In this document: piece after piece, positions 1-7,692 of the stretch | How the letters are laid out: each line of letters opens with the position of its first letter | Position numbering within the stretch: position 1 is the first letter of the stretch | The notes under the pieces: model-generated | What the model was told of the DNA's origin: nothing | Seen by the model: only the letters and a program-made list of their open reading frames with translations | The model's database searches: none | Assembly (NCBI RefSeq): GCF_000284115.1 | Contig: NC_017080.1 | Span: 960,001-992,000, forward strand | Direction of reading: 5' to 3' | From: Phycisphaera mikurensis NBRC 102666 | Lineage (GTDB): Bacteria; Planctomycetota; Phycisphaerae; Phycisphaerales; Phycisphaeraceae | DNA: 32,000 bases | Position numbers and translations under genes: made by a program

Positions 1-131
1 GCAAGAAACGCCTTGCGGCGGGCATGGCAAGCGTCTTCGAGCGGCTGAACCTGGACGCCGACGCGGTGGTCGGGCGGGTGCTGGCGATGGCGCAGCGGGA
101 CGGGCTGGCGGTGGCGGGCCGGGGCAGCTGA
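1..131 (+). CDS. Partial CDS: 3' end of an unidentified gene entering from the left edge
   Basis: Frame 3 reads ...VFERLNLDADAVVGRVLAMAQRDGLAVAGRGS* and ends at TGA 129-131. Third codon positions are almost all G/C. No recognisable domain. Confidence 0.35.
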   Translation, partial: KKRLAAGMASVFERLNLDADAVVGRVLAMAQRDGLAVAGRGS

Positions 132-247
132 ACCCGCAAGCGGCAGCGGCGGTCCCGCTGATCTACGACCGATCGCATCGCTGCCGGACCATCAAGCGTC
201 ACCCGGAGCCCGATTCAGCGTTGGCGGAGAAGGTGGCAGCCACCAAG

Positions 248-330
248 GGAAGCAAGGGGTCAAGCCCCTTGCAGAGGTGCTATAATGCCGTCGCCGAGTA
301 GGAAGCAAGGGGTCAAGCCCCTTGCAGAGG
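248..330. repeat. Two identical 30-bp direct repeats (248-277 and 301-330), each containing a hairpin
   Basis: GGAAGCAAGGGGTCAAGCCCCTTGCAGAGG occurs twice with a 53-bp period. Each copy folds as GCAAGGGG-TCAAG-CCCCTTGC, an 8-bp stem with a 5-nt loop (252-272 and 305-325). Confidence 0.9.
278..286 (+). promoter_or_regulatory. Extended -10-like promoter element TGCTATAAT
   Basis: Perfect TGnTATAAT in otherwise very GC-rich DNA, lying exactly between the two 30-bp repeats and about 280 nt upstream of the gltA ATG. No convincing -35 element. Confidence 0.35.
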
Positions 331-564
331 CCCGCGGGCCAGCCGCCGCCACCGCTCCGGACCCGGCGACGCGGCAGGTGCCGGCGGCGGGGAGGTGGTC
401 CCGGGCGCGTCGTTGCCGAGCGCAAGGCCGTTCCGCCGGCCGCCGAGGTCGATCGCGAGGCAACGCGGCACGCGTGCGGGCGGAACGGGGCCGCCCGGGG
501 ATCCTCTAGACTCCCGCAACCCGGGCCGGGCCGAGCCGGGCGCTGCCACCCCCACCGATCTTTT

Positions 565-1845
565 ATGCCTGAGAACTCCCCGCCGACCGCTCGCCTCGAC
601 CTGCCCGAAGGGCCCATCGACCTGCCGATCGTTGTTGGCACCGCCGACGAGAAGTCGGTCGACATCTCGAAGCTCCGGGCCCAAACCGGCTACATCACGC
701 TCGACGAGGGGTACCGCAACACGGGCAGCGTCAAGAGCGACATCACCTTCATCGACGGCGAGAAGGGCATCCTCCGCTACCGCGGCTATCCCATCGAGGA
801 GGTGTGCGAGAACAGCTCCTTCATTGAGACGGCGCTGCTGCTGATCCACGGCGAGAAGCCGAGCAAGGAGTCGCTCTCGAGGTTCAGCGAGCGGCTGACG
901 CACCACCAGATGATCCACGAGTCGGTGCGGCAGATGTTCGACGGCTTCCCGCCGACGGCGCACCCGATGGCGGTGCTCTCGTCGATGATCAACACGATCT
1001 CCTGCTTCCAACCGGCGATCATGAACATCGACGACGAGGAGGAGTTCGACGACACCGCGGCGATGCTGATCAGCAAGGTGCGGACGGTCGCGGCGGCCGC
1101 TTACAAGACCCAGATGGGGCATCCCATCATGTACCCGGATCCGAAGCTCACGTACTGCGAGAACTTCCTCCACATGATGTTCTCGCTCCCGCTGGGGCGG
1201 ATCGAGCCCGATCCGGACGTCGTGGAGGCGCTCAACCTCATCTTCATCCTGCACGCGGACCACGAACAGAACTGCTCGACGGCGACGGTGCGGATGGTCG
1301 GCTCCTCGGGGGCGAACCTCTTCGCCAGCTGCGCCGCCGGCGTCTGTGCCCTCTGGGGCCCGCTGCACGGCGGCGCGAACGTCGCGGTCATGAACCAGCT
1401 CGAGGAGATCCACAACAGCGACATCACGACGCGGAAGTACATCGACAACCTGAAGGCGACCAAGGGCAAGCTCTTCGGCTTCGGCCACGGCGTCTACAAG
1501 AGCTACGACCCGCGTGCGATGGTCCTCAAGAAGTCCGCCGACAAGGTGCTCGCGAAGCTCGGGGTCGACGATCCGCTGCTCGCGATCGCTCGCGAGCTGG
1601 AGGAGACGGCGCTCAACGACGAGTACTTCGTCAGCCGGAACCTCTATCCCAACGTCGACTTCTATTCCGGGATCCTCATGCGGGCGATGGGCATCCCCAC
1701 GAACATGTTCACGGTGATGTTCGCGATCGGCCGCATGCCCGGCTGGATCGCTCAGTGGTGGGAGGTCAACCAGCAGAAAAGCCGGATCTACCGGCCGCGG
1801 CAGGTCTACACCGGCGCCCGGGAGCGAGCCTGGAACGCCGGCTGA
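565..1845 (+). CDS. gltA: Citrate synthase (type II)
   Basis: Sequence ...GYITLDEGYRNTGSVKSDITFIDGEKGILRYRGYPIEE...LHADHEQNCSTATVRMVGSSGANLFASCAAGVCALWGPLHGGAN...GFGHGVYKSYDPRA... The ATG at 565 is in frame with track ORF 322..1845. The upstream part of that ORF is Arg-rich junk. Confidence 0.95.
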   Translation: MPENSPPTARLDLPEGPIDLPIVVGTADEKSVDISKLRAQTGYITLDEGYRNTGSVKSDITFIDGEKGILRYRGYPIEEVCENSSFIETALLLIHGEKPSKESLSRFSERLTHHQMIHESVRQMFDGFPPTAHPMAVLSSMINTISCFQPAIMNIDDEEEFDDTAAMLISKVRTVAAAAYKTQMGHPIMYPDPKLTYCENFLHMMFSLPLGRIEPDPDVVEALNLIFILHADHEQNCSTATVRMVGSSGANLFASCAAGVCALWGPLHGGANVAVMNQLEEIHNSDITTRKYIDNLKATKGKLFGFGHGVYKSYDPRAMVLKKSADKVLAKLGVDDPLLAIARELEETALNDEYFVSRNLYPNVDFYSGILMRAMGIPTNMFTVMFAIGRMPGWIAQWWEVNQQKSRIYRPRQVYTGARERAWNAG

Positions 1846-2097
1846 GGCGGAGCCCAAACGCCGCAGAGCAGCCGGGCGGGGCTCCGGGATGCCGAGGCCG
1901 GCCGGGTGACCCGCGTGCGACCCCCCCGTGCCCCCGCGCCCTAAGCGGGTGGCAACGGTGGATCCGGGGGCCGGCGACACGCCCCCGTCCGACGCCCGCC
2001 AGGGGCCACCGGCTTGTGGACGCCGCCCGAGCGACGACCGATGCGGAAACTCCAGACGGGCTCGACCCCCGGCGTCCCAGGCCGCATCTTCAGCACC

Positions 2098-2412
2098 ATG
2101 ATCCACCACACGGTCTACTTCTGGCTCAAGCCGAACCTCCCCGAGGCGGAGCGGCACGCGTTCCTGGAGGCCCTGCGGATGCTGGTGCTCAGCCCGAACG
2201 TCTACTCCTGCCGGGTGGGCACGCCCGTGCGGCCGGGACGGGACGACGCCGACGCGACCTTCGACTTTCAGCTCGCGATCGAGTTCCCCTCCGCGGAGGA
2301 TTACGCGGCGTACCAGTCGGCAGAAGACAACGTCCACACGATGTTCGTGCTGGAGAACCAGGACAAGTGGGCCCGGATCCGCGTGTACGACGCCGTCTCG
2401 GCTCAGGGCTGA
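2098..2412 (+). CDS. Dabb-family (stress-responsive alpha/beta barrel) protein
   Basis: MIHHTVYFWLKPNLPEAERHAFLEALRMLV...FDFQLAIEFPSAEDYAAYQSAEDNVH fits the small Dabb/ferredoxin-like barrel pattern. ATG at 2098 lies within track ORF 2014..2412. Confidence 0.75.
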   Translation: MIHHTVYFWLKPNLPEAERHAFLEALRMLVLSPNVYSCRVGTPVRPGRDDADATFDFQLAIEFPSAEDYAAYQSAEDNVHTMFVLENQDKWARIRVYDAVSAQG

Positions 2413-2522
2413 GCGCCCGATGCGGGCCCAGATGCGGGCCGGCCGGGGCCGCTCCAACGTCCGGATATGCGGTGGGCGCGGAATGGGTTGGGCGTGCCGA
2501 GTCCAAGCTTTAGGCTGGGGCC

Positions 2523-3062
2523 GTGAGCGAGGACGCGGAGACATCCAAGGCGGCCCCACCCACCGCCCCGGCGGGGCGGCTCGCGGCCGCCGGCGGCCGG
2601 GCGGTCATCTGGGGGGGCGTCGAGGAGCAGGCCCAGCTCGCGGCGTTGCTGCGACGCCGCGACCTGCTGCCCGAGCGGGTGTCCAGTGCGCCCGCGGCCG
2701 TCCTCGCGGTGCTCCGGGGCGGCCCCCCGCCCGCGGCGCTCATCCTCGTGCAGCCCAACGCGCTGCCGCTCGCGGACGAGGTGATCGAGGTGCTCCAGCA
2801 GCAGCCCGCCGCCACGCGGTGCTGGAGCTTCGAGCCCGCACCCGCCGGCCCGGGTGGCGCGGGCCTGCTGGTCCCGATCGAGGGCCCGCTGCGGCCCTCC
2901 CCCTGCTTCCGGATCGGCCCGCCGCCGGTGAACCCGGGCCCGGAGGCGGGCACGAGCCCCGCCTGGCCCCCCACCGGCCGCACGCGGCTGAGCCGAGAAG
3001 AGCTCGCGATGCTCCTCGGGCCGACGAAGACCCTCCGCACCCCTGCCGGAGACGCGGGTTGA
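2523..3062 (+). CDS. Hypothetical protein, possibly a degenerate receiver-like domain
   Basis: GTG start. Amino-acid composition is natural (A/L/P/E/V) and third positions are G/C-rich, whereas the overlapping frame of ORF 2420.. is Arg-rich junk here. Its stop TGA (3060-3062) overlaps the TTG (3059-3061) of the downstream GGDEF gene. Confidence 0.55.
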   Translation: MSEDAETSKAAPPTAPAGRLAAAGGRAVIWGGVEEQAQLAALLRRRDLLPERVSSAPAAVLAVLRGGPPPAALILVQPNALPLADEVIEVLQQQPAATRCWSFEPAPAGPGGAGLLVPIEGPLRPSPCFRIGPPPVNPGPEAGTSPAWPPTGRTRLSREELAMLLGPTKTLRTPAGDAG

Positions 3063-4387
3063 GCCCCCACACGCTGGATCCCGCACCGCCGGTCTCGGTC
3101 GGCGGCGAAGCCCCGCGGCGCGTCCTGGTGGTTCGCGACGGCCGCCTCGCGGGCTTGCTCGGCGATGCCTGCGCCGCCACCGTGGAGGTCGAGCGGATCC
3201 CCGGCTTCCTCGGCGGCCTGGCGGAGCTGATCACCGGCCGCGCGGATCGGCTGCTGGGGCCCGCCGAGGCGCTCGCCGGCATGCGTGAAGCCATGGCCGC
3301 GACGCTGCTGGACGCGGGCCTCGCGGACCGCGTGGTGCTGACCGATCCGAGCCCCTCGGTCCGCGACGCGCTGCTGGAGGCGGGCTTCCACGCCGTCCTC
3401 GACGCCGCCGCGTCCGGCGAAGAGCTCGCGGCCGCCATCGGCGCCGGCGGGCAGGCCCAAGCCGCGGGCGAGGCCGGTGCAGAGGGGCCGCAGCGGGCCG
3501 CGCCGCCCCCCGGCGGGCCGGGCACGCCGGTCCGCCCCTCGGAGACGCTCGGCGACAGCGACCTGGTGGAGGCCATCCACGACGCGGGCGGCGGCGCGGA
3601 CGGCCGCCTCCACGGGCTGATCGTGCGGCTGCTCCGCAGCGAGTCGGGGATCCCCGGCATCGAGCTCGTGCCCGAGGACGAGCCGCAAGCGGGCCAGGCC
3701 TCGGTCCGCGTGTGCTTCCGAGGCGAGTGCTTCGGGCGTCTTCAGGCGCCCCCGCCCGCGGTGGAGCAGGCGCTGGCGCCCTGGGCCGGCTGGGCGGCGC
3801 GGTGGCTGGCGTTGGAGCAGCAGACGCGGCAGCTGCGTGAGCTGGCGATGCGGGACGAGCTCACGGGCGTCTGGAACCGCCGCTACTTCAACCGCTTCCT
3901 CGCGCGAATCCTCGAGCGGGCCGCGCTCGATCGCCAGCAGGTCACGCTGCTCGTCTTCGACATCGACGACTTCAAGTCGTACAACGACCTCCACGGGCAC
4001 GCCGCCGGCGACGCCATTCTGGCCGGAGCGGCCCAGCTCATGCAATCGACCGTGCGGTCGCACGACGTCGTGGCCCGGATCGGCGGGGACGAGTTCGCGG
4101 TGATCTTCTGGGACCCCCGGGGCCGCCGCGAGGAAGGCTCCTCCCACCCCGACGACGTGCTCGCGATCGCCCGCCGCTTCCAGCGAGCGGTCACGGACCT
4201 CCGCTTCCCGCAGCTCTCCGCGGACGCGCCGGGCACCCTCACCGTCTCCGGCGGCATCGCCGGCTTTCCCTGGGACGGCCGCACGCCGGCCGAGCTGCTG
4301 CAGAAGGCGGACCTGATGGCGCTGGAGAGCAAGGCGCAGGGCAAGAACGCGATCACGCTGGGAGCGGGCCGCGAGCCTCCGGCCTGA
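3059..4387 (+). CDS. GGDEF-domain diguanylate cyclase with an N-terminal receiver-like region
   Basis: RDELTGVWNRRYFNRFL...LLVFDIDDFKSYNDLHGHAAGDAIL...RSHDVVARIGGDEFAVIF. GGDEF is intact, with an RxxD I-site at the canonical spacing. The N-terminus RRVLVVRDG...VVLTDPSPSVRDALLEAGFHAVL is REC-like. The start is uncertain: TTG 3059 is preferred and GTG 3128 is the alternative. Confidence 0.9.
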   Translation: MSPHTLDPAPPVSVGGEAPRRVLVVRDGRLAGLLGDACAATVEVERIPGFLGGLAELITGRADRLLGPAEALAGMREAMAATLLDAGLADRVVLTDPSPSVRDALLEAGFHAVLDAAASGEELAAAIGAGGQAQAAGEAGAEGPQRAAPPPGGPGTPVRPSETLGDSDLVEAIHDAGGGADGRLHGLIVRLLRSESGIPGIELVPEDEPQAGQASVRVCFRGECFGRLQAPPPAVEQALAPWAGWAARWLALEQQTRQLRELAMRDELTGVWNRRYFNRFLARILERAALDRQQVTLLVFDIDDFKSYNDLHGHAAGDAILAGAAQLMQSTVRSHDVVARIGGDEFAVIFWDPRGRREEGSSHPDDVLAIARRFQRAVTDLRFPQLSADAPGTLTVSGGIAGFPWDGRTPAELLQKADLMALESKAQGKNAITLGAGREPPA

Positions 4388-4519
4388 TGGCCGGCAGCGG
4401 CCGTCTCTCCGCAAACGGCTTGGGCGGATCTCCGCAGGGGGTGGAGCGGCGGCGGGCGGCGCGGTCCATCCCCGGCCGCTGATGGGCTTCGTGAGGCGTC
4501 GCCAAGGCACGCGGTTGCA

Positions 4520-4720
4520 TCACGGGGTCGGCGCCGGCGGTGGCTTCCCCGTCTTCTTCTCTTCCGCCAGCTCGCGGCGGTTGATGGCCACCTCGCGGGG
4601 GAAGGAGAAGGCGAGGCGGACGCGGTCGCCGCTGACGTCCACGACCCGCACGAAGCCCAGCGGCTTGTCCGGGTCGCCGATCACGACTTCTTCGCCGATC
4701 CTTCGGGTGAGTGCGAGCAT
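4520..4720 (-). CDS. csrA: Carbon storage regulator CsrA/RsmA family RNA-binding protein
   Basis: MLALTRRIGEEVVIGDPDKPLGFVRVVDVSGDRVRLAFSFPREVAINRRELAEEKK matches the CsrA fold signature (MLxLTRxxGExxxIGD ... AP.EVxIxRxE). The ATG is at 4720-4718, preceded by GGAGAACCAAGG. Confidence 0.9.
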   Translation of the reverse strand: MLALTRRIGEEVVIGDPDKPLGFVRVVDVSGDRVRLAFSFPREVAINRRELAEEKKTGKPPPAPTP

Positions 4721-5064
4721 CCTTGGTTCTCCGGGATCGGCGGGTGCCCATCGGCGGGGCGGTTCGCGACGCAACCGTGCGGCACGGTTCCCGTTTCGGC
4801 CCGATCGGGGGGGGCGGTTGAGTACGCCGGGCGGGGACCCGCGGCGGAAGAGGGCGGCCCCGCTCCCGACGCCGGAGCCGTCGCGACGCGACCGGAAGCC
4901 TCCGTGGTCGCTTCGGCTCCGCCCCTGCTCCCCACGAGGGCGGGGTCCGGCGACGCCAGCGGGTCCGTCGGGCGGGAAACCCGGAGCGACCCGCCCCCGG
5001 CGGGGAACCCCCGCCGGACGCGGGCCGTGGGAGGGAAGGGCCTCCTCGGGCTCGCCCGCGCCAC

Positions 5065-5093
5065 TTGACGGCCGCGCGGGCGCTTCCTACGCT
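5065..5093 (+). promoter_or_regulatory. Candidate sigma-70 promoter for the tRNA-Thr/tuf unit
   Basis: TTGACG (5065-5070), a 17-bp spacer, then TACGCT (5088-5093), about 95 nt upstream of tRNA-Thr. The extended -35 block TTGACGGCCGCG is identical to the one at 18771. Confidence 0.4.
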
Positions 5094-5186
5094 CTCGGCG
5101 CTCAGATCCACCGGCCGTCAGGCCGGCGCGATCGACACCGCTGAACGGCCTCCGGGCGCGTCCACGGCGGGGTTGTTCGCCCATCC

Positions 5187-5259
5187 GCCACCCTAGCTCA
5201 GTTGGTAGAGCACACCCTTGGTAAGGGTGAGGTCGTGGGTTCGAGTCCCATGGGTGGCT
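5187..5259 (+). tRNA. tRNA-Thr (anticodon GGU)
   Basis: Hand-folded cloverleaf of 73 nt. Acceptor GCCACCC/GGGTGGC, D arm GCTC-AGTTGGTA-GAGC, anticodon arm CACCC-TTGGTAA-GGGTG, T arm GTGGG-TTCGAGT-CCCAT. No encoded CCA. Confidence 0.93.
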
Positions 5260-5411
5260 TCCCGGCCGGGCGAACGCCCGTCCGCGGGGGAGACCGCCCC
5301 CGCCCCACCTTGATCCGCGGAGCCGCCTTCTGATCGGGCGAGCGGCCCTCCCAAGCAAACCTGACCCGACGCAGAACCACGCCGCTCCCGCGGCCATCCA
5401 CGGAGACCACC

Positions 5412-6617
5412 ATGGCCAAAGACAACTTCGAGCGAACCAAGCCCCACGTCAACGTCGGCACGATCGGTCACATCGACCACGGCAAGACCACGACGACCGC
5501 GGCCATCACCGCCGTGCAGGGCGCCAAGGGCCTCGCGCACTTCACCAGCTACGACGACGTCGCGAAGGCCTCCGCCTCCGACGGTCGCCGCGACGCGACC
5601 AAGATCGTCACGATCGCGACCAGCCACGTCGAGTACGAGACGGAGAACCGCCACTACGCGCACGTCGACTGCCCGGGCCACGCGGACTTCGTGAAGAACA
5701 TGATCACCGGCGCCGCCCAGATGGACGGAGCGATCCTCGTCGTGGCCGCCGACGACGGCCCGATGCCCCAGACCAAGGAGCACGTCCTCCTCGCCCGCCA
5801 GGTGAACGTCCCCAAGATGGTCGTCTTCCTGAACAAGGTCGACCTGGTCGACGACGCCGAGCTGCTCGACCTCGTCGAGCTCGAGGTCCAGGAGCTGCTG
5901 ACCAAGTACGACTTCGAGGAGGACACCCCGATCATCCGCGGCGCCGCCTTCCCGGCCCTCCAGAACCCCTCGGACGCCGAGGCTTCCAAGGGCATCACGG
6001 ACCTGATGAACGCCATCGACACGTGGATCCCCGAGCCCGAGCGGGAGCTCGACAAGCCGCTGCTCATCTCCGTCGAGGACGTGTTCTCGATCAAGGGCCG
6101 CGGCACGGTCGCGACCGGTCGTGTCGAGCGGGGCCAGGTCAAGGTGGGCGACTCCGTGGAGATCGTCGGCCTGCGGGACACGCAGACGACCACCGTCACC
6201 GGCGTGGAGACCTTCAACAAGCCGATGGAGTCGGCCATGGCCGGCGACAACGTCGGCTGCCTGCTCCGCGGCATCGACAAGAACAACATCCAGCGTGGGC
6301 AGGTGCTCGCGAAGCCCAAGTCGATCACGCCGCACAAGAAGTTCGAGGCGGAGGTCTACGTGCTGACCGAGGAGGAGGGCGGCCGCAAGACGCCGTTCTT
6401 CAACGGCTACAAGCCGCAGTTCTACTTCCGCACCACCGACGTGACCGGCTCCATCGAGCTCTCCGGCGGCGCCGAGATGTGCATGCCCGGCGACAACATC
6501 AAGATGATCGTCGACCTCGGCGAGAAGCCCATCGCGATGGAGGAGGGCGTCCGCTTCGCCGTCCGCGAGGGCGGCCGGACCGTGGGTGCCGGTGCCGTCA
6601 CGAAGATCCTCGAGTAG
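5412..6617 (+). CDS. tuf: Elongation factor Tu
   Basis: [26 protein letters not shown] and NKVD GTPase motifs, with full-length EF-Tu similarity. GGAG lies about 10 nt upstream of the ATG. Confidence 0.99.
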   Translation: MAKDNFERTKPHVNVGTIGHIDHGKTTTTAAITAVQGAKGLAHFTSYDDVAKASASDGRRDATKIVTIATSHVEYETENRHYAHVDCPGHADFVKNMITGAAQMDGAILVVAADDGPMPQTKEHVLLARQVNVPKMVVFLNKVDLVDDAELLDLVELEVQELLTKYDFEEDTPIIRGAAFPALQNPSDAEASKGITDLMNAIDTWIPEPERELDKPLLISVEDVFSIKGRGTVATGRVERGQVKVGDSVEIVGLRDTQTTTVTGVETFNKPMESAMAGDNVGCLLRGIDKNNIQRGQVLAKPKSITPHKKFEAEVYVLTEEEGGRKTPFFNGYKPQFYFRTTDVTGSIELSGGAEMCMPGDNIKMIVDLGEKPIAMEEGVRFAVREGGRTVGAGAVTKILE

Positions 6618-6659
6618 CTCCCCATGGCGGAGCGGGATGACCCGTTCCCGATCGATTTC

Positions 6660-6689
6660 GCGGACGCCGGCCCACCGGCCGGCGTCCGC
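6660..6689 (+). terminator. GC-rich hairpin downstream of tuf (possible terminator or attenuator)
   Basis: GCGGACGCCGGCC-CACC-GGCCGGCGTCCGC, a 13-bp perfect stem with a 4-nt loop, followed only by TT with no U-tract. Confidence 0.4.
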
Positions 6690-6751
6690 TTGGAGGCCCG
6701 TGCCTCTTTCCTTCCCCTAGAACCTCCTCCCACTCCCCCCGGAGACCGGCC

Positions 6752-6931
6752 ATGGCCAAGAGCAAAGACGCCGTCGAGTTCGTCTGGCTGCAGTGCACCG
6801 AGACGGGCGACCTCAACTACCGCACGCCCGTGAACGTCCGCGGCGGCATGCCCGAGAAGCTCAAGGCGGGGATGAAGAAGTACTGCCCGCGTCTGCGGAA
6901 GCACACGCTGCACAAAATCAAGCGGAAGTGA
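6752..6931 (+). CDS. rpmG: 50S ribosomal protein L33
   Basis: A 59-aa ORF absent from the track: [59 protein letters not shown]. It is L33-like (..PEKL....KYCP..RKHT.HKE.K), has GGAG upstream, and sits in the canonical position between tuf and tRNA-Trp/secE. Confidence 0.88.
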   Translation: MAKSKDAVEFVWLQCTETGDLNYRTPVNVRGGMPEKLKAGMKKYCPRLRKHTLHKIKRK

Positions 6932-7037
6932 CCCGGAGGGTCAATCCGCAGCAGCGGGCCTCTTGGCCCGCGTCTGCATCGGGATCCCCGGCACTCCCGC
7001 GGGGAGGTCTCCATCCGGACGCCCGCTGCGACACCAC

Positions 7038-7111
7038 GCCGGTGTAGCTCAGTTGGTTAGAGCAGTGGATTCCAAATCCACAGGTCGCGGGTTCGAGTCC
7101 CTCCGCCGGTG
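7038..7111 (+). tRNA. tRNA-Trp (anticodon CCA)
   Basis: Hand-folded, 74 nt. D arm GCTC-AGTTGGTTA-GAGC, anticodon arm GTGGA-TTCCAAA-TCCAC, T loop TTCGAGT. The acceptor GCCGGTG/CGCCGGT has two G-U pairs and the T stem has one C-U mismatch. Canonical position upstream of secE. Confidence 0.85.
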
Positions 7112-7129
7112 CTGAAGTCTTCGGGTCGT

Positions 7130-7154
7130 CCCGCCGCCGCGCATCGGCGGCGGG
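7130..7154 (+). other. Hairpin between tRNA-Trp and secE
   Basis: CCCGCCGCCG-CGCAT-CGGCGGCGGG, a 10-bp perfect stem. Function unknown; it could be a processing site or a terminator. Confidence 0.3.
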
Positions 7155-7226
7155 CACCCGCCCCGAGCGTCCCGCGGCTCGTCGGGCGGGTTCCCTTGTT
7201 CCCCGCGGATCCCACGCTTGGCTTCC

Positions 7227-7640
7227 ATGGCACTGCTCCGTTACAAGCCCGGCCAGGGTTACTACACCCGGACGCTCTCCTTCATCTGGTTCCTCACGCT
7301 GGCGGCGGCGTTGACGCTTTGGATCTGGACGGAGTTGAGCGCCATCCGCGAGAACGCCGTCTTCTGGCAGGCCGGATCCGCGATCGGCATGTCGCTGCTG
7401 TTCGTCCCGCTGCTGTACTGGATCGTCAACCGGCCGAAGATCGCCGACTTCATGATCGCGACCGAGCAGGAGATGCGGAAGGTGAACTGGCCGTCGCAGA
7501 AGGAGATCATCGGCTCGACGGCCGTGGTGATCACCGGCACGCTGATCATGGCCCTGATCCTGTTCCTCATCAACATCTTCTTCGGCGCGTTCTTCCAGTC
7601 CATCGGCATCCTCAACGCAGGATCCGGCGCCGAGGCCTGA
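7227..7640 (+). CDS. secE: Preprotein translocase subunit SecE (three-TM form)
   Basis: The C-terminal region ...ATEQEMRKVNWPSQKEIIGSTAVVITGTLIMALILFLINIFFGAFF matches the SecE core (KV.WP...E......VV). There are two additional N-terminal hydrophobic segments. ATG 7227 is preferred; TTG 7218 is the alternative. Confidence 0.85.
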   Translation: MALLRYKPGQGYYTRTLSFIWFLTLAAALTLWIWTELSAIRENAVFWQAGSAIGMSLLFVPLLYWIVNRPKIADFMIATEQEMRKVNWPSQKEIIGSTAVVITGTLIMALILFLINIFFGAFFQSIGILNAGSGAEA

Positions 7641-7692
7641 AGCGGCCGCGGAATCCCCAACCTCCCGGGCCCGGAGCGGCCCGCCCCCGACC

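Noticed and set aside
248-330. Possible CRISPR array, given identical 30-bp palindromic repeats.
   Set aside because: There are only two repeats, the spacer is 23 bp, no cas genes are present, and a promoter-like box lies in the spacer. This is not a CRISPR array.
313-2559. A very long antisense or alternate-frame ORF of 748 aa. Similar ones include 2510..4510(-), 5193..6335(-), 6918..8003(-), 13331..15103(-), 15696..17498(-), 22056..24161(-), 24175..26508(-) and 26094..27995(-).
   Set aside because: They lie opposite or out of frame to strongly recognisable genes (gltA, tuf, dnaG, rpoD and others). They are Arg/Pro/Gly/Ala-rich with no domain signatures. They are the expected stop-poor shadow frames of very GC-rich DNA.
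4353-5397. ORFs 4353..5111(-), 4482..5144(+) and 4681..5397(-) in the csrA/tRNA-Thr gap.
   Set aside because: They overlap csrA or the tRNA. Their composition is extreme in Arg, Pro and Gly and they have no recognisable domains. They are treated as non-coding.
7038-7111. tRNA-Trp as a pseudogene, because of two G-U pairs in the acceptor stem and a C-U mismatch in the T stem.
   Set aside because: The D arm, anticodon arm, T loop and length are otherwise canonical. It occupies the conserved position upstream of secE. My hand fold may not be optimal, so I keep it as a functional tRNA call.
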